NCBI GenBank assembly: GCA_012270795.1
Contig: JAAXHO010000059.1
Span: forward strand, 3,375 to 67,374
Direction of reading: 5' to 3'
DNA: 64,000 bases
From: Candidatus Poribacteria bacterium
Lineage (GTDB): Bacteria; Poribacteria; WGA-4E; WGA-3G
The notes under the pieces were generated by a model, which saw nothing but the letters and a program-made list of their open reading frames with translations, did not search any database and was not told the origin of the DNA. Position 1 is the stretch's first letter. Each line of letters starts with the position of its first letter. A program made the position numbers and the translations under genes. Shown here in pieces: positions 57,419 through 64,000 of the stretch.

Positions 57419-58135
57419 ATGAACAGGTCAGAACTGATTATTCAAATCATAGCATTAGCAACATTGATAATTGCATGCGTTCTTGTATGGATTTTAACAA
57501 CGGAAGTGTTTCATGTTGAAGGGGATATACTGTCCGTACCGATGGACTTAGATTCTGAATCTGATCTAATTGATCGTCTCTACAGAATGATTCCGCTTTT
57601 ATGTGTGGCAATGTTGTTAAGCATTGCTTTTGCATTTTACATAGAAGAATGGTTATCAGAAACGACTTGGTATTACCGCATAATTAATCAGCATATCTCA
57701 ATCTTGGCGAACATACCTTCCCTAATATACGGGATATTAGTGGTTTGTATTTTCTTGTTTCAGGTTGGGAAATTTTCGAATTTCACACTTGTTTTGGCAA
57801 TCGTTTTCCTTGTTGTCCCCGTTACAATTCAAACTACACAGAGTGCAATTCGAGGTGTAGATTTATCTGTTCGGGAAGCGGCGTATGCACTGGGTGCTAA
57901 CAGATGGCAAGTGATTACCGACCACGTTTTTCCACGTGCATTTCCTAAAATTACTGGAGGTGTTTTCACTGTAATATCACGTGTTCTCGCGATCGCTGTT
58001 TTACTCATCATTGTTTGCGAATTAAGGACTTCAATTATACAAGATGTTGGTTCTTATGAGATTTCAAGTAACGTTTTCGTTCTAATATCGTTAGCACTGT
58101 TATCATGTGTTCTTTCAAGTTTTCTTCAAAAATAG
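57419..58135 (+). CDS. short PstA/PstC-family ABC permease (238 aa)
   Basis: EAA-type loop SAIRGVDLSVREAAYALGANRWQ with about 5 TM helices. Confidence 0.7.
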   Translation: MNRSELIIQIIALATLIIACVLVWILTTEVFHVEGDILSVPMDLDSESDLIDRLYRMIPLLCVAMLLSIAFAFYIEEWLSETTWYYRIINQHISILANIPSLIYGILVVCIFLFQVGKFSNFTLVLAIVFLVVPVTIQTTQSAIRGVDLSVREAAYALGANRWQVITDHVFPRAFPKITGGVFTVISRVLAIAVLLIIVCELRTSIIQDVGSYEISSNVFVLISLALLSCVLSSFLQK

Positions 58136-58196
58136 GAATAGTTAGCGGTTTAAAATCCATTTCTAAACATTAAATAATACCTGAGATCGGTGAAAT

Positions 58197-58967
58197 ATGA
58201 AGACGCAAAAAAAGGCACCAACATTACAGATAAGTGGTTTAAATGTTTGGTATGGGGAGAATCATATTTTAAAGGATCTGACTTTTGATGTCTTACCCAG
58301 ACAAGTTACAGCATTTATCGGACCTTCAAACAGTGGTAAGACTGCTTTAGTGAGATGTTTCAACCGATTAAATGATTTTACATCCAACTTCAAACTTACC
58401 GGTGAGATTATATTTAATAGTAAGGATATTTATTCACCGAAAACAAAAGGTTCTGATATAGCGAAACAGATTGGGATGGTATTTCAACACCCAATTTTGT
58501 TCAGAAAATCTATTTATGAAAACGTTGCTTATGGTGCAAGACTTCAAAGTATAAGACCGTCCGTAGAACAATATACCATCGTTGAAGAATGTCTAAAAAA
58601 GGCACAACTTTGGCATGAGGTATGTGACGATCTACAATCTTCGCCTGATATTCTGTCTAACGGTCAGAAACAAAGGCTCTGTGTTGCACGAGCTTTAGCA
58701 GCAGATCCGGAACTTTTGATATTTGACGAACCTTGCGATCAATTAGATGCTACAGAAACTCCGAAATTAGAGGCAATAGTTCTATCTCTTAAACGGCAAT
58801 ATCCTATTATCTTTGTAACCAACAAGAGACGGCAAGCTGCTCGCGTCTCTGATGTCGCAGGCTTCCTCTATTGTGGTGAATTGGTCGAATTTGGACAAAC
58901 TGAACAGATATTTACTAACCCAAAAGACAAACGCACTGAGGACTATGTAACTGGTAGATTAGGATAA
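58197..58967 (+). CDS. PstB-like ABC ATPase paralog 3 with degenerate signature and H-loop
   Basis: Walker A GPSNSGKT, signature LSNGQKQR, Walker B LIFDEPCDQLD and H-loop VTNKRRQAARV. Confidence 0.8.
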   Translation: MKTQKKAPTLQISGLNVWYGENHILKDLTFDVLPRQVTAFIGPSNSGKTALVRCFNRLNDFTSNFKLTGEIIFNSKDIYSPKTKGSDIAKQIGMVFQHPILFRKSIYENVAYGARLQSIRPSVEQYTIVEECLKKAQLWHEVCDDLQSSPDILSNGQKQRLCVARALAADPELLIFDEPCDQLDATETPKLEAIVLSLKRQYPIIFVTNKRRQAARVSDVAGFLYCGELVEFGQTEQIFTNPKDKRTEDYVTGRLG

Positions 58968-58988
58968 CCAAGGTTTTTACCGGTCAGA

Positions 58989-59654
58989 ATGATGCAACAT
59001 TATCTTGAAACAGAACTCAAAGCACTTCAACACCAACTATTAAAAATGGGGGGTATTGCTGAAACTATGTTCCGTGATGCTGTTCAATCGGTGTTAAATC
59101 GCGACGAAGAACTTGCACGACGCGTTATTGCTGTTGATGATACAGTTGATAAACTTGAAAATGATATTGAAGCGAGATGCATTCAACTCATTGCCCGTCA
59201 CCAACCCGTTGCTTTTGAATTGCGATATTTGGTGATGGCACAAAAGGTAAACAGGAATATAGAAAGGTTGGCAGATAAATGCGTTTCAATTGCCAGACGT
59301 AGTATAGAACTGATTTCATACCCTCCAATGCCATCCATAGTTGATCTTCCGTCTGCAACACAATTAATTCAAGAAATGGTCAATGATGCCTTTGATGCGC
59401 TGGTAAATCGAAATGCAGAACTTGCAAAAAAACTCAGAGAACGCGATATCAAAGTCAACGAAACATATCAACAGATGGTAGATGAACTTTATCTGCTATT
59501 GTCCGATCAACCGCAACTCATACAACCGGGTTTTAGTCTGCTTATACTATTTAGACATTTGGAACGTATAGGTGACCTCGCTGCGAATATCGGAGAAGAG
59601 GTGTATTATCTTGTCAAAGGTGAGGTAATTAGACATACTATCATTGAACAATAA
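58989..59654 (+). CDS. phoU: phosphate signalling complex protein PhoU
   Basis: Two PhoU repeats (E..D..VD and RIGD motifs). Confidence 0.9.
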   Translation: MMQHYLETELKALQHQLLKMGGIAETMFRDAVQSVLNRDEELARRVIAVDDTVDKLENDIEARCIQLIARHQPVAFELRYLVMAQKVNRNIERLADKCVSIARRSIELISYPPMPSIVDLPSATQLIQEMVNDAFDALVNRNAELAKKLRERDIKVNETYQQMVDELYLLLSDQPQLIQPGFSLLILFRHLERIGDLAANIGEEVYYLVKGEVIRHTIIEQ

Positions 59655-59800
59655 ATAATACCATTTCTAATTGATAATTTCTCATAAGTTGTGAGGAACT
59701 GGTAGGAGCGACCTGCTGGTCGCTCCTACTGAAGATGCCGCACGATCGCGACCAGAGGTCGCTCCTACTGAGGAGAGGTATAATTATTTCAATAATCCAC
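59654..59800. mobile_element. family A MITE-like element variant (left terminus AATAATACCATTTCTAATTGA, split palindrome core 59701-59769, right terminus ...GGTATAATTATTTCAATAATCCACC)
   Basis: The core repeats GGTAGGAGCGACC...GGTCGCTCCTAC twice. Its right end is the reverse complement of the 49968 and 56381 termini. Confidence 0.75.
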
Positions 59801-59811
59801 CATATATGTAA

Positions 59812-61017
59812 TTAGTTTTCTGTTGGGAAGAAATGCACATCTCTTTGTGGGAATGGGATTTTGATGCCGTATTCCTTAAATTTATCCCATATCATAAAGT
59901 GAAGGTCACTTGCTACGTCGAAACGCATAAAAGAATCCGGGATCCACGCTAACAATTCAAAATCTAAGGACGATTCCCCAAAGTTAATAAACCGAACCAA
60001 CGGGGGTGCGACAAACTCCATCTCTGATGTTGGTTCTTTAATAACTTCAGGGTGTGCATGTGCTACCTCAAGCAGTATTTCTTTGACACGTTGTACGTCC
60101 GAACCATACGACACCCCTACTTGAACGCGAACCCGGAAACGAGCGTTATAATGCGTCAGGTTATGAACCGGTTCTGTAATCAATTGAGAATTCGGGACAA
60201 TAATCTCCTTTTCATCAAGTGCCATAATCACTGTTGAACGCAGATTGATGCTGGTTACTCTACCAAAAATGTTCACGTCTATGATTTCTACCAAATCCCC
60301 GATTTTGATGGGGCGTTCAAAAATTAGAATAAGTCCCGAAATTAGATTTGATACCACATTTTGTAACCCGAACCCGATACCGATACTCAAACCACCGAAA
60401 ATCAACGCCATGCTTGTGAGACTGATACCAAGTGTACTGAGACTTATTAACACCCCAATTGTAATTAAACTGAAATGAATGACCCGCAGAATGATGAATT
60501 GGGTATGTCTTTCAATTTGAAAAGCTTGTAAAACTTGTCGCCTAAGTATAAACTGGACGTACTTTGACAGGATAAATATACCAAAGATAATGACAAATCC
60601 GTAAAAGAGTTTAGCAATTGTTAATTTGCCACCTTCTTCTGGGACCTTCGTATCGGTGGCTCCTTCACCAGTATCAGATTCAACGGGTGTTTTTGTGGTT
60701 TGGAATAAGTCTGTGAGTGGATAATGAAAAATAGTGTCAAATAATTCCGAACTTATGTTAGCAACGTTGAACCCGACCCCGATACCTATTACCATAACAA
60801 TCAGGAACATAATCGCAAGTATACGATTTTGAATATGGTCCTGTAATCTTAAGCGATTAAAGAGTTTGCGTAACCAGCGGCGCAGGAATTCTGCAACAAA
60901 AAAGGAAATGACCAATACTCCGATAAGTTTAAGTATTTGCCCGTAAGTAACATCCTTTTCCAACCGTATTGCAGTTTTTTTAAGAAACTCTTCTATTTGT
61001 TCAAATAAATCATTCAT
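59812..61017 (-). CDS. mechanosensitive ion channel (MscS family)
   Basis: TM region followed by a conserved MscS beta domain (GDLVEIIDVNIFGRVTSINLRSTVI). Confidence 0.85.
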   Translation of the reverse strand: MNDLFEQIEEFLKKTAIRLEKDVTYGQILKLIGVLVISFFVAEFLRRWLRKLFNRLRLQDHIQNRILAIMFLIVMVIGIGVGFNVANISSELFDTIFHYPLTDLFQTTKTPVESDTGEGATDTKVPEEGGKLTIAKLFYGFVIIFGIFILSKYVQFILRRQVLQAFQIERHTQFIILRVIHFSLITIGVLISLSTLGISLTSMALIFGGLSIGIGFGLQNVVSNLISGLILIFERPIKIGDLVEIIDVNIFGRVTSINLRSTVIMALDEKEIIVPNSQLITEPVHNLTHYNARFRVRVQVGVSYGSDVQRVKEILLEVAHAHPEVIKEPTSEMEFVAPPLVRFINFGESSLDFELLAWIPDSFMRFDVASDLHFMIWDKFKEYGIKIPFPQRDVHFFPTEN

Positions 61018-61173
61018 ATAATGTTATTCAATGGTTTGTGGATTGAGAATATGTTGACTATGCAGGAATTGAGGTGGAGGAATTTGGCTTTTATCTGATA
61101 CTAATTCGGTTTCTTCCTTGATATATGCAAACTGGATATTGTCCTCTCACCTAACTTTTCTTTTTAAAATTAT

Positions 61174-63459
61174 TTAATCTATTGAGATCTGTTCAATTGA
61201 GTGGACAAATAAAACATCGTTTACGCCTTGGTACCGCTGTAACTCTTGTTCTAAGTTTCCTGAAGTAATATCTTCTGCTGTTAACCCAACGATAACCAAA
61301 TCTGCTTGTGCGGATCTCTGTGTAACTTCTTGTTCCAATGTTTCATAGTTGTCGTAAGAAACCGATGTTACATTTTGCATTGAGATAGGGAGTCTACCTC
61401 CTTTGATGACTGTTGCCAGTTTATCTGCATCAAGTTCGGTTTCCCAAGAGTCTGAACAAGCAAACAGACGAATTTTGGCACGTTTCCACTCTGGGTGACC
61501 AACTAATATATAAGCGAGTAACAACATCATAGGTACATTGCTAATGTTAGGATCATTTACCCAAACATGAATTGATGAACGATAACCAAAACGGTATTTT
61601 GTGGAACGTAGAATCAAAACGTTAAATAATGATTCTACAGCAAGCAGCGTGCCCTGTTTCACCTCCCCAATTTCTTCAGGATGGTTTTTGTCAAATTCCA
61701 GTAGGATCGAGTTGTTAGGTAAACCAGAGATTCCTGGCATCTGGAGTACGTGTGATAAAGCAAGTTGGAAAGATGGACAGATAAGTGAATCTACAAAAAT
61801 TCCTGCTTTACTTGCTTCAGTTTGCTGGATGAGTGCATCAACATGAATACGTGCGGATATTTCCTCTGGAAAGGAGTAATCTCCTGGGAAAAACTGAATG
61901 AAGTGTCCAAATCCGTGTCTGTGGCATAACCACCGTAGCAAATCAAAATGTCCCAGACGGCATTCTCCAAATTGTGTAATTGCAACAATTGAAGGTCGCC
62001 ACCCACTTTCTGATAGATTAACCCTGTTTTTCTGCAAAGTTGTTTGCAACCATCGGGTTAATTGAAACATTGCTCCTTGAAAAATTGCTGACATCCCCCG
62101 CTGTTCGCTGCTTCCCTGCCGAAGACCGATATAAACTGCTATCATAAGAACTATGGAGACTATTGCAAAAAATAGGTGTATCTGAATCATCATCAAACCA
62201 CACATGACGGTACCTAACAGTGATACATACCAGCGGGAATGGAAGGTTGGTCGGTACGATGGGTTTCCAGCGAAATGCTCAAGAAAGGAGACAACACAGA
62301 GTGCACCATAAGTTACTAAGAAGAACATTGTAAGAATTTGCGCGATAAAGTTGAGTTCGCCAATTGCAACAAATACGACCGCAATTATACCAGAGACAAA
62401 CGTTGCTGGAATTGGCTCCTGACTTTTTCCAACACCTGTCTGCATCAGACGGTTCAAAGCAGGTATCGGTAGGACATTGTCCTTTGCAAGAGCTTGAAGT
62501 GTTCTCGGTGCTACCATGATGGAACCGAGTGCCGATGAAAAAGACGCAGCACCCAACCCTATATAAATTGCTGAAGGCCATATTGAGATCTTTGCCATAA
62601 TGATTTCATCCACATTTGCAAGTTGTTCAGGGGGTGCGCTTTGAAACAGTTTGACCGCAACAAGGAGGTATATAACCAGACCGGCAAGTGTTGCACCGAT
62701 GGTACCAAGTGGTATACTGCGTTGAGGGTTCCTCAAATCACCAGATAGGCCTAAACCTGCAATCATACCGGTAAATGCAGGAAAACATATAGCAAAGACT
62801 TTACCGAAAGAATCACCATCAGCTATGCCTTGGGTAATTCGCATGCTGTCAGGGTCCATTACACCAGTCGGTTTTCCCATAAAAAAAGTCGCGAGTGACA
62901 CAGCAAGTAATCCACAGATTAACCACAACAATGAAACCCCCATATCTGCGCCCTTGGTTAACATGATTAAAATAAGTATAATAGTGCCTGGAACACTTAA
63001 CCATCGGAGATCAATGGGACCTTCAATTCTATCATAATAGGCAACAATCCATTCAAATACAGGCCCAAACGCTTGAGCAAATGCCACCATATAGAATGCT
63101 ATAGATATTGCTTGAGAAATATATAGGGCGATTCCGATTGTCCCCCCGATGCTGGTGCCGAAGGACCGACTAACAATATAATATGCTCCTCCGCCTGCAA
63201 CACGGCGGTTTGTCGCAACTTCTGAGACAGCCAAAACTGTTGGGATTGTTACGAGATGTCCGATCAAAACAATGGCGATACTTTTCAGTAATCCCACATG
63301 CCCAACGGCATATCCGAAACGTAGGAAAAGAATCGCGCCAAGTATAGTACTTATAGATGCAAGAAATACAGGGGCGGTGCCAAAACCGTGTCCATGTTGT
63401 TGAACAATATTATTGTCCTCGAATCTTGATCTGTTTCGTTGTCCAAAGTTAAAACGCAT
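61174..63459 (-). CDS. APC-superfamily permease of the SLC12 (cation-chloride cotransporter)-like type with a C-terminal cytoplasmic domain
   Basis: Twelve TM helices with SLC12/AA_permease-like motifs, plus a roughly 300 aa C-terminal domain. Confidence 0.75.
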   Translation of the reverse strand: MRFNFGQRNRSRFEDNNIVQQHGHGFGTAPVFLASISTILGAILFLRFGYAVGHVGLLKSIAIVLIGHLVTIPTVLAVSEVATNRRVAGGGAYYIVSRSFGTSIGGTIGIALYISQAISIAFYMVAFAQAFGPVFEWIVAYYDRIEGPIDLRWLSVPGTIILILIMLTKGADMGVSLLWLICGLLAVSLATFFMGKPTGVMDPDSMRITQGIADGDSFGKVFAICFPAFTGMIAGLGLSGDLRNPQRSIPLGTIGATLAGLVIYLLVAVKLFQSAPPEQLANVDEIIMAKISIWPSAIYIGLGAASFSSALGSIMVAPRTLQALAKDNVLPIPALNRLMQTGVGKSQEPIPATFVSGIIAVVFVAIGELNFIAQILTMFFLVTYGALCVVSFLEHFAGNPSYRPTFHSRWYVSLLGTVMCGLMMIQIHLFFAIVSIVLMIAVYIGLRQGSSEQRGMSAIFQGAMFQLTRWLQTTLQKNRVNLSESGWRPSIVAITQFGECRLGHFDLLRWLCHRHGFGHFIQFFPGDYSFPEEISARIHVDALIQQTEASKAGIFVDSLICPSFQLALSHVLQMPGISGLPNNSILLEFDKNHPEEIGEVKQGTLLAVESLFNVLILRSTKYRFGYRSSIHVWVNDPNISNVPMMLLLAYILVGHPEWKRAKIRLFACSDSWETELDADKLATVIKGGRLPISMQNVTSVSYDNYETLEQEVTQRSAQADLVIVGLTAEDITSGNLEQELQRYQGVNDVLFVHSIEQISID

Positions 63460-63571
63460 TGATTGATTCCTTCATGTATGAGAGTAAATTCAAGATATAT
63501 TTGCTTTGAATATTTTACATTTTATAGAATTGAAAACTGCCACAATACCGTTTTATAGTGTGTGTGTATTA

Positions 63572-63727
63572 TAACCTAAGTTGCCACCTACTTTAGAATA
63601 CTCTTGTTGGAGGGGTTTCTAATCCCGATTTATGACAAGTCACATCAAAATTTGTTGTTTTTCTATTTTCTGTTATTAATCGGGGTTAGAAACCCCTCCA
63701 ACAAATAATAGGTAGCAACTTAGGTTA
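63572..63727. mobile_element. family B MITE-like element with terminal inverted repeats TAACCTAAGTTGCCACCTA / TAGGTAGCAACTTAGGTTA around the 26 bp hairpin arms
   Basis: Arms at 63604-63629 (one mismatch) and 63679-63704, with a 49 nt loop. Solo copies of this terminal repeat occur at about 34008-34025 and 20673-20690. Confidence 0.85.
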
Positions 63728-63748
63728 TATTATACTCCAGAAAAAATG

Positions 63749-64000
63749 CTATAACGTTATGCGTAATATAGATAAATATTTATAGTGTAAATTATCTGTT
63801 AATGGCGCACTATTATATGTCAAAGAACCACTTAGCCGCAATCCGAGTCTGGCGGTAATACCAATAGTCAGTGCGGGTTCAGCAGAAAAACGGTAGTTCT
63901 TGAAACCGACTTCAGGTGTAAATTTTAGTAAAGTATTCAGTTTTTTCCAACCTATAGAAGAAAAGGCTAACCATCTAAAAGTAGTCGGATCAAACTTGCG
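63749..64000 (-). CDS. 3' end of a hypothetical gene (partial; continues beyond the window)
   Basis: Open minus-strand frame from the window edge to TAG (complement of 63749-63751). Confidence 0.3.
   Translation of the reverse strand, partial: RKFDPTTFRWLAFSSIGWKKLNTLLKFTPEVGFKNYRFSAEPALTIGITARLGLRLSGSLTYNSAPLTDNLHYKYLSILRITL

Overview
This 64 kb window is bacterial chromosomal DNA of about 42% GC. The gene content suggests an FCB-group or candidate-phylum organism, but I cannot assign a lineage from the sequence alone. Most of the window is housekeeping: the trpD-trpC pair; grpE-dnaJ-prmA; ffh-rpsP-KH-trmD-rplS-rnhB-yraN; a six-tRNA cluster followed by tig-clpP-clpX-lon; and an expanded pst-phoU locus. 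Interspersed are accessory genes: a sugar isomerase, a TPR giant, ribokinase, a TAXI-family solute-binding protein, an IlvD/EDD dehydratase, a secreted CotH-ankyrin protein, MscS and an SLC12-like permease. The intergenic DNA is saturated with at least five families of nested MITE-like inverted-repeat elements. Several small gene remnants lie next to these repeats: DUF262, Uma2, a type IIG-like C-terminus, a T9SS C-terminus and a frameshifted lipoprotein. The most interesting block is a minus-strand cluster at about 16.9-25.3 kb. It carries a DUF4007-like gene overlapping a 1161 aa P-loop ATPase, then a 430 bp MITE, then a PAPS-reductase (DndC/SspD-like) gene followed after 34 bp by an 822 aa GHKL/MORC-like ATPase. 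This looks like an SspBCD-type DNA phosphorothioation module without an adjacent cysteine desulfurase. It is paired with a GHKL-ATPase partner that is, to my knowledge, not a described Ssp/Dnd/BREX component, so I treat it as a candidate novel phosphorothioate-based defence variant. Other notable items are archaeal-type ether-lipid genes (UbiA/DGGGPS-like plus GGGPS/PcrB), a pst locus with three PstB paralogs of which two have degenerate H-loops, K+ channel genes inside the pst locus, an in-frame 66 bp tandem duplication inside an Rpn-family nuclease gene, and a small diheme cytochrome c ORF. All coordinates I derived by hand counting may be off by 1-2 bp.
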